From Malacoraja senta (Eukaryota), in the NCBI GenBank assembly GCA_038087875.1, contig CM075988.1, forward strand, positions 6,200,001 to 6,264,000: a stretch of DNA of 64,000 nucleotides. The letters run 5' to 3'. Position 1 is the stretch's first letter. Each line of letters opens with the position of its first letter. The position numbers and the translations under genes are program-made. The notes below the pieces were generated by a model, which saw only the letters and a program-made list of their open reading frames with translations, was not told the origin of the DNA and did no database searches. Of the stretch, positions 22,489-34,485 are shown piece after piece.

Positions 22489-23200
22489 TGTAAATTGCTC
22501 ATTCTAAGCTCCCCCCCCAGTCTAGTTTCAGTCAAAAACCACCGAATCAAGCACTTGATCAACTAATCTTTATATTGGCAAAACACAATTACAGTTCCCA
22601 TCACTGTATCTAACCACCGCGGGTTCGATCCTTGTATCTGCCTGTTCAAGCCCTCTAGGCCTTGCACAAACAGAGACACTCCAGAAGGTCACACAGTCCC
22701 AAGCGCTCTCCCAGAAGATCGACGCAGGACCTCATGGCAGTGGACTTTTATAGGTCCCGGACCTTGAGGGGCCGAGCCACATGGGTTGGTCTCTTGAAAA
22801 TCCAATTACAGATATCGATTAACCCCATACATGACAGACATTCCCTCACCCAATAATACAGTAGCTAATTCAAACAGGGCTTCTCGGAGGAAGCAAACAT
22901 AGCAACATTTACCCTGATTGGCAAGAAACCCAGACAAGGCTCAATACCTCATCCAATCAACACTCGGCAAAGTAGAACTCTGCAACATTATTTACAATTA
23001 TTTACAAGGTGTATGTCTGGTTTGCAGTCATCCAATCCATTCTATGCATTTTGCACCTAATTGACAGGGTCTGCAGAATTTCTTAGTCTTTTCTTGCAGA
23101 TTGGATCTAGGCTCCAGACAAACTGGCACCACTCTGCAGCTTGTCCCAGTTCCACAGAGAGCATTTTCAAATTGACCAAATCTCCCAGCAGCCCTGAAGC
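22489..23200 (-). mobile_element. Possible solo LTR (ERV-like)
   Basis: TG at the left end, minus-strand TATAAAA near 22746-22752, several CCAAT boxes and an AATATAAAG signal. Right boundary and TSD not resolved. Confidence 0.3.
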
Positions 23201-23767
23201 TTTTACCCCATTCTAGAGTCCTAGCCTCTCCAATCTGGCCAGCATTAACATATCTAACTGGGGAAGATGTTGCCCAGGTTTGGAGGAAGTGAGGAGGAAC
23301 TGCAGATGCTGGTTACTGATACAGATATTGAAGATGGACACAACATGCTGGACCAACTCAGCAGCACAGGCAGCATCTCTGCAGAGAAGGAATGGGTGGC
23401 GTTTCGAGCAGACTGAAGAAGGGTTTTGGAAGAAGTGACGCAGGTCAGTATCGGAGTGCGGTGCCACCCTACATTGCAAGGAAGCTCTTGAAGATAAAAT
23501 AGCATGAAAGTGAGGGCATTGTCCTCTTCATCCTGGGCACTTCGAGGGGTTGAGGGTGACTTGCTTCCACACTGGGTTTTTGTAGGTTTCTGAGGTGAAT
23601 AATGAGACCAATGTGGGCAAGAGGGAGCAGGCGTAGCAGGTGAGGTCGTTTGTGAGCTGGCTCATCCTTCTCATGGAGTCATAGAGTAATACAACATGGA
23701 AACAGGCCCTTCGGCCCAACTTGCCCATGCCAACCAAGATGCCCCAATTTTCTTGCGAAAACCTTTC

Positions 23768-24057
23768 TTGAGATACAGCATGGAAACAGGCCTTCAGCCC
23801 ACTGAGCATTCCCACCATTGGTCACCGGTTCTCACTAGTTCTATCCCACTTACTCATCCACGCCCTACACGCTAAAGGTAATATTACAGCGGGCCAATTA
23901 GCCTACAAACCTGCACGTCTTTGGGATGTGGGAGGAAACCGGAGCACCCACGTGGACACAGTGAGAACGTGCAAACTCCACACAGACAGCACCCGAGGTG
24001 AGGATCGAACCCGGGTCTCTGGCGCTGTGAGGCAGCAGCATTACCCGCTGTGCCACC
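23768..24057 (-). mobile_element. V-SINE (HE1-like)
   Basis: Minus-strand GGTGGCACAGCGGG head and GGTTCGATCC B box. Confidence 0.85.
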
Positions 24058-24525
24058 TGATGCCCTATCTTGAACAATCTCTTGCTGTTGCCGATGCACA
24101 GTGGTGACGTGGACTGTTCTGCAGTTGACGAACACTCCTAGGTAATGCAGTGGGTAAAGTATTTGACACATGGCTCTAGGTAATGGCAAAGGCATTGGTA
24201 AGGTAATGGCAGAGGCAAAGGCTGTGGGTAAGCCCATGGCAACTGCATCAGGGCCAAATACATGCTCATTCCGACTGGCCTTGTCACGTACACACTTGGC
24301 ATAATCATCCATCAGAAAACAAGCCTCCACAGTCGCACGTTCATGCCATGCCAACAGCAAGGTCTGCAAATGTACCTGGACGTGGGTTGGCACGATGCCA
24401 AGGCAAAGAGACTGAAATGAGTGGAGACTTTAGCAAAACGTAAAATGCTGGAGGAACATCAGGCAGCCAGTGAGAAGGGAATGGACTGATGATGTTCCTC
24501 TGCAGATGCTGCCCAACCCGCTGAG

Positions 24526-24980
24526 GTCAATGGACCAATGGTTCACTGGTTCTTTATTGTCATGTAAGCACAGCACAGTGACATTATTTTGCATAACCAT
24601 AAATGCACATTTTGGTGACGTTTACAAAGAAAACAAACAGTCCACAGTCCAAGTCGGGTCCACATGCGGGAAGTACTGGAGCGCCCCTGATCCAGGTGAG
24701 CCCAGGTAAGACCCAGGCTGCTGCAGGCCCGTGACCCGACGTCCCTCTCCTCGCCTGACCGCCTCTATGTCCCGGGCGGGGGCGCCTCCTGCAGCCGACC
24801 TTGAAGGCGTTGGAGGCAATACCCCATTCCCTCTCCTACCGGCCCACTCCTCGCCTCCGTCGTCACCAGCGGCCCCCTCCTCCTCCACTCTCCAGTCTTC
24901 GAGGCTTGCAAGCTTCCCCCTGCAGGCAGCGGTCCTCCGGGGCCTTCTCCGCAGCGGTGAACCAGGCTGGCCGCCACACG
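24526..24980 (-). mobile_element. CpG-rich non-autonomous retroposon with a Rex-type TGACAATAAA terminus
   Basis: Cleanly splits a Penelope-derived repeat at GCTGGAGGAA^CTCAGCGGG; GC-rich body and short tandem tail. Confidence 0.65.
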
Positions 24981-25379
24981 TTCCTCCAGCACTTTTTGCA
25001 TTTTGCTGAAGATTCCAGCATCTGTGGTTCCTCGTATCTCTCAGTTGTGACTGGTAGCCGTCGGCAAATGGTGGCCACCAACTCCAGGAGGTTTAGCCAC
25101 CATCTAACTGGGCACCCTGAGCCATCCCGGCCACTGGTGTCCATGTCTGTCTTGGAAACCTTAACGGATTCCATTGCATCTAGTCCATTGAGTGGCTGGA
25201 CATGCTGAATGCCGGATGTGGGTCCCAATTTAGTTCCATTTAGTTTATTGTCACGTGTACCACAGTACAGTGAAAACAAATGTTGTTGCGTGCTATCCAG
25301 CAGGCAATGATTGTACGTAATTACCATCGAGCCATCCACAATGTGCAGATATATGATATAGGGAATAACATTTACAAGT

Positions 25380-25770
25380 TCTCACATTATAGGAGTAGAA
25401 TTCGGCCATTCCGCCCCTTGAGTCTACTCCGCCATTCAATCATGGCTGATCTCTGCCTCCTAATTCCATTTTCCTGCCTTCACCTCATTACACTTGACAT
25501 CCATTCTAATCAAGAATTTGTCTATCTCAGCCTTACAAATGTCCACTAACTGCTTCCACAGACCTGTGGCAATGAGTTCCACAGATTAACTGCCCTGTGA
25601 CTAAAGAAGTTCCTTCTTACCTACTTTCTAAAAGTGTGCCCTTTAATTCTGAGTCTATCAACTCTGGTCCTAGACTCTCCAACCAGTGGATAAATCCTTT
25701 CCAAATCCACTCTGTCCAAGCCTTTCATTATTTTGTATGTTTCAATGAGGTCCCTCCTCAACCTTCTAAG
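25380..25770 (-). mobile_element. CR1 3' fragment
   Basis: Same CR1 3' subfamily as 11108-11468 (GGAGTAGAATTCGGCCATT...CTAGACTCTCC). Confidence 0.8.
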
Positions 25771-27630
25771 GTTTAGTTCACGATAAAGGCCAATTTTGCT
25801 CCCACTCCTCCCCTCCCTTCCCTCCTTTGAGGCAAGGATGTGTGTCGAGCTGTGCTTCTTACATATGTTCCTGATGCAGATTCTGATATCTCCACTGAGC
25901 TCCCAGATCTCATTGTCCTTACAGTCTCCATGATGCAGGTCCTGTCTGCAACTTGGAATCTAAAATGCAAAATTCACAAAGTTAGCTCCAAGCTTTATAG
26001 CGTTGGCCAAACAACCTCCCACCACTGCTCGGCTGTGAACAGTGCTTTCACAGTCAGGAAGCCGGCTGCTGGGTGCAGCAATTGTTTACAGACTCGTCTG
26101 CAAAACCCTCAGCCCCCTCTAATGCCACTGTGGTCTTCCCTTGCTCTCACGGTCCAATTCCCATGGATGCTCGAGAAACACTCGCAAAATCAGCTGAAAA
26201 TTTAAAACGTTTGTGTAACTTCTTCACTGTTTGTTATTAAGATGTTGAGGTTGCAACTCTCCTCTCACAAGGGGTCACCAAGATGGAGGCAGATTCGACT
26301 GGAGGGTCAGAGGTCACTTCCTGCTGTGTGCCAACCCTTCAATGAATTGATTAAATGTTAACGTAAATTTGCTAAGTCCACCTCACAAACACCTGGAGAC
26401 CCATTTGGAGATGCCTCCCAAAGATTAGTTAAGTTGCCTATGCAAGGAACTGCAGGTGTTGTAATCTTGGAGGGATATGGTCCAAACGCAGGCATGTGGG
26501 ACTAGTGTAGCTGGGACATGTTGGCCGGTATGTGCAAGTTGGGCCGATGGACCCGTTTCCACACTGTATCACTCTATGACTCTATAACACAAAGTGCTGG
26601 AGGAACTCAGTGGTCAGGCAGCATCTCTGGCATCAGACATGGCTTGGCAACATTTCAGGTTAGAAAAGTCCTGAGATGACACATTACCTCATCCACGCCT
26701 GACCCGCTGGGTTACTCCAGCATTTTTGTGTTCTATCTTGGTCAAGCCGCAGCCTAATATAATCATCCTCATAAAACCATGCCTTACTGAAGACACGCCA
26801 GGCTCCATCCCAGTCCCTGGCACATTGGAGAGGGTGATATGCAGAGCGAATTAGCTATGGGGGGCCCAGGCAACAGTGGCTGGAGAGAGGATTCAGAGCG
26901 AACAGCGGAGAGGGAGAGGGAGCAATATGTACCTTTATCTTGAAACCTTAGAAGGTTGAAGGGGAACCTCATTAAAACTTACTTGGCAGATGGAATATGT
27001 GGGAAAATGTCGACTCGTCCACTTTGTCAGAAAACATAAAAGGTCGGAGTTCTTTTAAAATGGTGAGATTTTGAATGATGTTGGTGCTCAGAGCAACCAG
27101 GATACTCTTGTACCTGAATCAATGGCCCTTCATGTGCAGGGACTGGATAGGAAAGTGGGATAGCATGGACCTAGAGTGGACGGGTGATTAAATCTCCGCG
27201 TGGACTCGGGCTGAAGGGCCTGTTTCCTTGATGTATCTCTAAACTAAACATAACATGCAGGTTAAGCAAGAAAAATTAGCAAGGCAAATGATATGTTGGC
27301 TTCATTGCAAAAGGATTTCAGTACAGGAGTACAGACAAACTTACTGGAATACAGTAGTTGATGGTCGTAGTTAAACTGCATGTAGAATAGTGTCTGAAGA
27401 AGGGTTCCGACCCAAAATGTCATCTACTACTTTTCTCTGGAGATGCTGCCCGACCTGCTCAATTATTCCAGCATTTTGTATCTATCTTCGGTGTAAAACA
27501 GCATCTGCAGTTCCTCCCTACGCATGTGGAATAGTGTGTACAGGGTTTGTTCCCTCTAACTAAATAACGATTCACTTGTGATAGAGAGATATCTGTGAAT
27601 GTTTACAAGGTTAATTGGTCTTTGGTCTTT

Positions 27631-29004
27631 TTTTTTTTTTTTTTTTTTAATTTTTTATTTTTTAGAAGTACGGTAGATTACAGTAATGTACAACACGTAT
27701 ATATTAATACATTTTTTGTACCGCTTCACTTTTTTAAACTTTAAGAAAGAAAAAGAAAGAAGTAAGAAAAGTGAAGAAAGTGCGCAAAGGTTGTGAAGTG
27801 CAAAAGAGTGTTGGGAAAAGAAAGCCCCTTAGAAAAGAGGTTAGAGAAGGAAGTAAAGTTAGAAAATAGACCCTAGAAAAAAAAGAGAAAGAAAGAAGGA
27901 ACAATCGCTCTATTATGACTCTTATACCATACTTCATAGAGAAGGAACTACCAACCAAGTCTATTTTTATTTTACCTCCCATTACCAGGTCCAGATACCT
28001 TTTATTTATTTATTTGTTTTTCTAAATTACTATTGCACCTCATGCTTGTAATAGGTCCAAAAACGTAGACCACGTCTTTTGAAATTGATCTGCTTTGCCT
28101 ACTAGGAGGAATCTCATCTCTTCCAGATGTAATGTTTCCAACATATTTGATGTCCACATTTTTATTGTTGGTGTGGGCGCATTTTTCCAGAATTTAAGTA
28201 TAAGCTTTTTTCCCATTATTAGCCCATAATTGAGTAAATTCTTCTGATACACGTTTAATTCAGGAATACCTTCCGATATTCCAAAAATAATCCATTCTGG
28301 TTTTGGTACCAGTTTTATTTTGATTAATTTTGAAAAAATATCAAATATTTCAAACCAGAATTTTTGGATTTTTGTACAAAAAACAAAAGAATGTGCTATG
28401 GTAGCTTCTTGACATATACATTTATCACAGATTGGTGAGACGTTAGGAAAGATTTTATTTAGTTTGGTTTTTGAATAATATAATCTATGTAATGTTTTAA
28501 ATTGGATAAGCGTATGTCGTACGTTGATCGAGCATTTATGCACCTGTAATAAATGATTATCCCAACTCTCTTTTGAAATTTTTATACCTAGATCTTGTTC
28601 CCAATCTCTTCTAATTCCATCTGTTGTGGGTATTTCTATATTTAAAATGATATTATATAAGTATGATATTAAATTAGCTGATTCCGCCTTTGTCTTCATT
28701 GCTTCATCTAGTAAGTCGGAAGGCATATTATAATAATCTTTTGTGTGTGTTTTCAAATAGTCACAGATTTGTATATATTTAAAATATTGATTATTTTTCA
28801 AATTATATTTCAGTTGTAGTTGTTGGAATGATAGTAATTTTTCTAATTCATACAGATCTTCGAGCGTTTTAATTCCCATTCTTTCCCATTGTATAAATGC
28901 TTTATCTATGATTGAAGGTTTAAACGATGGGTTATTGACTATTGGTATTAAGAGAGATAGGTTTCTTAATTTTAGATTCTGTTTTATTTGCTTCCATGTT
29001 CTAA
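27631..29004 (-). mobile_element. 5'-truncated L1 LINE with polyA tail and a 15-bp TSD
   Basis: TSD TGGTCTTTGGTCTTT (27616-27630 and 29005-29019); AATAAA plus polyA on the minus strand. Confidence 0.92.
28040..29002 (-). pseudogene. L1 ORF2 C-terminal region (zf-RVT CxxC...H...C), uninterrupted for ~320 codons
   Basis: RTWKQIKQ...PIVNNPSFKPS..DKAF.QWERMGIK...WEQDLG...QFKTLHRLYYS...CDKC....ATIAHSFVFCTKIQKFW. Confidence 0.9.
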
Positions 29005-29444
29005 TGGTCTTTGGTCTTTGGCAGGTTGAGGGAGAACCTCATTAAAACTTACTTGGCAGATGGAATATGTGGAAAAATGTTGACTCGTCCACTTTGTCAG
29101 AAAACATAAAAGGACGGAGTTCTTTTTAAATGGTGAGAGACCATTAATTGGTCTTTGGCAGGTTGGGGGGAGAGTTTAAGGCTTGTACTCTTCTGAGTTT
29201 AGGAGAATGAGAGTTGACCTCATTAAAATGTATAATATTTTTAAGGGGTTTGTCAGGGTGGGTATCGAATTACTTTCCCTTGGCTGAGGTGTTTGCAATG
29301 GGGGTCACAGTTTCCCCAAATAAGTGACTGGCAGTTCATGGCTGAGGTGAGAAGACATTTCTTCACCCAAGGAAAGACCAGTGAATATTTGGCATTCTTG
29401 GCCCATTCATTTTACAGTTTAGTTTAGTTTAGTTTAGAAGCACA

Positions 29445-29757
29445 GCGGCACAGCGGTAGAGTTGCTGCCTTACAGTGCCAGAGACCTGGGTTCAATCCTG
29501 ACCTCTGGTGCTGTCTGTATGGTGTTTGTATGTTCTCCCGGTAACCTCGTGGGTTTTCTCCAGGAGCCACTGTTTCCACCCACACTCCAAAGACGTGCAG
29601 GTTTGTCGGTTAATTGGCTTCAGTAAAATTGTAAATTGTCCCTAATGTCGTAGGATACTGCCAGCGTACGGGGTGATTGCTGGTCGGAGCGGACTCAGTG
29701 GGCCGAAGGGCCTGTTTCCACACTGTATCTCTAAAGTCTAAGTCTAAAGTCTAAAGT
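29445..29757 (+). mobile_element. V-SINE (HE1-like)
   Basis: A/B boxes, V-domain and (TCTAAAG)n tail. Confidence 0.88.
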
Positions 29758-29769
29758 GTAGGAATCTGA

Positions 29770-30050
29770 AGATTAAAACGTCCAGGTTCAGTAACATCTT
29801 CTTCCCAACCACCACGAGGCCATTGAACAACAGAAACTCCAACTAAACTATGAATTACCAACTGCCTGGGCTGCATTAGGGACTTTGTGCTTTTGTTGTG
29901 TTATTTTGCACTATATTGGATTTTTTATTTATTCAACTTTTTTTCATTGTTTGTTTCATCATATTTACAAAGGTATTCTGCTGCTGCTAGAAGTAAGAAT
30001 TTCATAACTCCATTTTGGTGCATAAAACAATAAAACACTCTTGACTCTTG
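29770..30050 (+). mobile_element. Rex-Babar 3' end
   Basis: TSRFSNIFFPTT motif, then ACAATAAAACAC and (TCTTGAC)n. Confidence 0.7.
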
Positions 30051-30285
30051 CCTGCATGTTGCCCAGGGCAGTGTCCTAAGGCCAACCAGCTTCAGCTGCT
30101 TCACTAATGGTCTTCCCTACAAGTCAGATGTGGGGATATCCACCGATATGTCCATAGAATTCCTCGGAAAATGAGACAGTTGATGGCAGCGTGCAGTAAG
30201 ATAGCATGCAGTAATATCAAGACAGGAGCAGAATTTGGCCATTTGGCCCATTGAGTATACACGGCCATTCAATCATGGTTGACTA

Positions 30286-30750
30286 CCCTGGACCTCGCGG
30301 GTGGAAGCCTGGGTCGGGGGAAGCGGCCGATGGGGCCCAGGTCGGCACCATGGAGGCATGAAGTGGGACGTTGACAGCGGTGAGGCCTAGGTGGCGGCAG
30401 CAGCGGTGAAGCCTCGTGACGATGGTGTCTCGGCGGTGGTGAAGACTTGCGGGGGCAGTGGTCGGCGGTCGAAGAGTGCGTGGAGGACCACCGTGAGGGG
30501 GTGAGGGGAAGAACAACGGAGGGTCCGGCGCGGGGGGAACATTGTGAGGGAGGTGGGGGGAGAATAATGGACAATGTGGGGGACGGGGGACAAAGGACAA
30601 TGGGGACCTGGCGTGGGGGGAGCTGTGGGGGGTGGAACAACAAAAGGGGGAGCCAGCATGCTTGTAACTCCACCCTACTATGTTTACATGTCTGTTGTGT
30701 TGCTGCATGTATGAATGTCAGGACGTCTGACAATAAAAGACTCTTGGCTT
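30286..30750 (+). mobile_element. GC-rich non-autonomous retroposon with a Rex-type terminus
   Basis: TGACAATAAAAGACTCTTGG tail; candidate TSD TTGACTA (30279-30285 and 30751-30757). Confidence 0.6.
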
Positions 30751-31957
30751 TTGACTAGGCACACGTCTGTAATCATTGGACTGCTACTCATGACATTAAC
30801 TTCACAGCTCCTTCAGTCAGTTCAGTCCTTCCAGCCAACAGGGCTCAGTGCTTTTCCTCGCACAGGGACCAACCACAGGAGAGCTAAAGACAATTTATTT
30901 AAGCACATCTGCTTTTCCCTCATTTGCGGTTAGTGAACTGTGCAGCCACTTGCGAGAGAATATATCTGTCTCCTTTCTATTCTGAGTCAGGCAGTTAAGA
31001 AAACTCCAACCCCAGGGCTAATTTTAGGCACTGTGATGGCTGGCAGCTGCATTTAATTGTCCCTGCTTTCCCCCCCGCCCCACTCTCAATGGTTACCAGA
31101 GGTTCTTGTGCGTTTGTGTTATTGACAAACTCAAATTGAGGTTGATTTGTATCGATGCAAGGATTTTTTTTTCTCTGAGGAAGGGGAAATGAGGCGGTAA
31201 AATGTGTTTCATTCTAACGTACCCCTGGGAGTCAGTGCGGTTTAGAGCTGGAATTGGGAAACTCGCGTTGCTCATGCCTTGAGGAGCCGGCAAGCTGACG
31301 GACTGGGAATAGTTGTTTTCCTGCAGACCTGGGCAATGGCTGATGAAGTCTGGGTGGCCCCCTGCTGAAGAGCATCCAATGAACATGCTTCCAATTAGAA
31401 AGCTGTGGTTTCCCAGAGTGTATAGTGGCATAGCACTTGTTGATATTGGAAATTAGTTCTCGATTCCTGTTTCATTCAGTAACTTATTCATACTCCGTTT
31501 AGATACACAGACTCACATCCAATTGGTTTACCCTGAACATGCCCCAATAATCCACTGCCGGGTTTTTTTCAAGCAATTGCATCCAGTTTGTCCATATTGA
31601 TCATATTTCTAGGTTTCATGAAATTTGCAGTTTACTCTCAGTATATAAATAGCAACTTTCTTTCAAAAATAGACTAAAAAACATAACTGTTTCTCTTACC
31701 TCAAAAGGATATTTGGTCTGTGTACGTATTTGAGCTCATCAGGCTAAGGGGACGTATAAATGGCTAGAGTGTCTTCTCAGCCTCAGCGTACCTGATACTG
31801 ATTTGGAAATGGAGCAAGATTGAGGTCAATATTCGCAGCAAACAATCTATTTACTCAGAAACAGAGACCATTTAAACAGGATATGGGAGCAAACCATCAA
31901 CAGGGTGTTTTATCAAAGTCAGAAAGCAGGCCAAGACTGACAAGGGGCAAGTAACAG

Positions 31958-32195
31958 AAGATAGACACAAAAAGCTGGAGTAACTCAGTAGGACAGGCAG
32001 CATCTCTGGAGAGAAGGAAAGGGTGACGTTTCATGTCGAGACCCTTCTTCAGACTAGCAGTCTCAAAAAGGGCCTCGACCGGAAATGTCACCCATTCCTT
32101 CTCTCCAGAGATGCTGCCTGCCCGCTGAGTTACTCCAGCTTTTTGTGTCTATCTTCGATTTAAACCAGCATCTGCAGTTTCTTCATACACAAGCA
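31958..32195. mobile_element. Penelope-derived fold-back element
   Basis: Inverted arms and an 11-bp TSD GCAAG(T/C)AACAG. Confidence 0.8.
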
Positions 32196-33039
32196 GCAAG
32201 CAACAGTTCTAGTCAATGACCATCTCCAATATGGGAGACTCTCACACCTGCCCTTCACCTCCTATGAAGTTATCCGTGTTTTCCTTCACCACTGATCTGA
32301 AGCTTAACTGGACCCTTGGACTATCCTTGATCGGACTTTGCTTTCATGTCATGTCATTACGCTGTAAATGGCTCAATTGTAATTATGTGCTGACTGGATA
32401 GCACGCAACAAAAGCTTTTCACTGTACATATTACAAACTAAACTGAACTGAACTGGACCAGCGGCATAAATACCATGGCTATGAGCAGGCCAGAGGCCTG
32501 GTGTCCAGTGCTGAGTGCCTCACCAGTGCCTCATAGCTTTAAGGTGAGAGGAGATGTGTAGGGACCTCCTTTTAATACTGAGGGTGGTGAGAGTCAGGAA
32601 TGTGCTGTCAGTGTTAGTGGTTGAGGCAGGTACCATATTGGCCCTTTGGCTTTTGGATAGGCATATGGACATGCAGGGAATGAAGCGATATAGATTATGT
32701 GCAGGTAGATAAGAGATGGTCTTGGCATTATGCATGGCACTGACATTGTGGGCCAAAGGGCCAGTCCTTGTACTTGTGCTGTACTGTTCTATGTTCTGTA
32801 TTCTTTATGTTCTATGCTTAACCATTGACACCCCAAAGCCTTTCCACTTTCTACAAGGTATGAGTCAGGAGCATGATGGAATACACTCCGCTTGCCTAAT
32901 GAGTGTCGCATCCAGAGGTAGCTTGACGGAATCCAAGTCAAGGCAACTTGCTTGATCATCATCCCTTCCACCACCCTATATATTCAATTCATCCACCACA
33001 AAAGTAGCTGTAACAGTGGAAGAAAACGAATATGGAGGT

Positions 33040-33308
33040 TGGCAGGTGGTAGAGCTGCTGCCTCGCAGCTCCAGAGACCCAGTTTCGATCCTGATCTCAG
33101 CTGCCGTCTGTGTGAAGTTTGCATGTTCTCCCTGTGACCATGTGGGTTTTCTCCAGATGCTCTGGTTACCTCCCAAAGACATGCAGTTTTGTAGATAAAT
33201 TCACCTCTGTAAATTGCCTGACTGTGTTGGGATTTGATGAGAAAGTGGAGAAACAGAGCATGGATTCGATGGGCCAAAGAGGCTGTTTCCATGGTGTATC
33301 TCTAAACC
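33040..33308 (+). mobile_element. V-SINE, older copy
   Basis: GTTTCGATCC B box, V-domain and CR1-like tail. Confidence 0.75.
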
Positions 33309-33494
33309 AAATAAAATTGTAGTCAGTGGCGCAGATGGCAGAGCCGATGCCCCGCAGTGCCAGAAACCCAGGTTTGATCAATGGTGAGCATGGACTCGAT
33401 GGGTCGAAGGGCCTGTTTCCATACATCTCTAAACTAAATGCAAGACACATTGTGCTGGATCTCATATTGGAGAACCTGCAAGTTGATTTTGATT

Positions 33495-33711
33495 AAGAAG
33501 GAACTGCAGATGCTGGAAAAACAAAAGTAGACAAAAACTGGAGAAACTCAGTGGGTGAGGCAGCATCTATGGAGCGAAGGAAATAGGCAACGTTTAACAT
33601 CAACATCAACATCAAACCCTTCTTCATGGTTTCGGCCCGAAACGTTGCCTATTTCCTTCGCTCCATAGATGCTGCCTCAGCCGCTGAGTTTCTCCAGCAC
33701 TTTTGTCTACT
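33495..33711. mobile_element. Penelope-derived fold-back element with a perfect 13-bp TSD
   Basis: TSD GTTGATTTTGATT (33482-33494 and 33712-33724); internal (AACATC)n. Confidence 0.85.
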
Positions 33712-34164
33712 GTTGATTTTGATTGTTTTGTGGAATGAGAAAGGGCTAATTAAGGAGTATTTAAGGATCAGAGATGATTATAGAGTCATAGAGTCATACA
33801 GTGTGGATACAGGCCCTTCGGCCCAACTTGCCCACACCGACCAACATGTCCCGGACACACTAATCCCATCTGCCAGCATTATATCTGGCAGATAAATATC
33901 TCATTATATGCTACAATTTTAGATAAAGATTGGACCTTTTTAACTTAATCTAAATCCAGTTTTAAACCTGAATTAATCAAACTGTAAAGGCCTGTGGCTA
34001 AGGTAGATTGGGAAGAAAATATTTTAAAAGTTTGAGTACATCTCAAAAAGTGATTTGAAGAATTAATAAATGAATTATATATAAAATATTCATCCCTTTT
34101 GGGCAAAAAAAGGTAAAATTGGTCTAGCCATGGATATCAAGAGAAGTTGAAGATAATGCCAATT

Positions 34165-34485
34165 TTTAGTTTTTCAGTTTTAGTTTTAGTTTTAGAGATA
34201 CAGTACGGAAACAGGCCCTTTGGCCCACCGAGTCCGCACCGACCAATGATCCCCGCACATTAACACTATCCTACACAGACTAGGGACAATTTACATTTAT
34301 ACCAAGCCAATTAACCTACAAACCTGGACGTCTTTGGAGTGTGGGAGGAAACTGAATGTCTCTGAGAAACCCCACTCAGGTCACGGTGAGAAAGTACACC
34401 GTACACCAAGACAGCATGCGTAGTCGGGATCGAACCCGGGTCTCTGGTGCTGTAAGGCAGCAACTCTACCGCTGCGCCACCGTGC
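34165..34485 (-). mobile_element. V-SINE (HE1-like), full length
   Basis: Minus-strand GGCACGGTGGCGCAGCGGTAGAG head, GGTTCGATCC B box and (CTAAAA)n tail. Confidence 0.9.

Noticed and set aside
23884..24393. 169-aa minus-strand ORF, possibly a Tx1-like C-terminus
   Set aside because: It is a chimera of unique sequence and a SINE, and the resemblance is too weak to call.
24620..24980. CpG-island promoter of a host gene (also 4560-4800 and 30290-30540)
   Set aside because: Each GC-rich patch lies inside a tailed insertion that interrupts or abuts another repeat.
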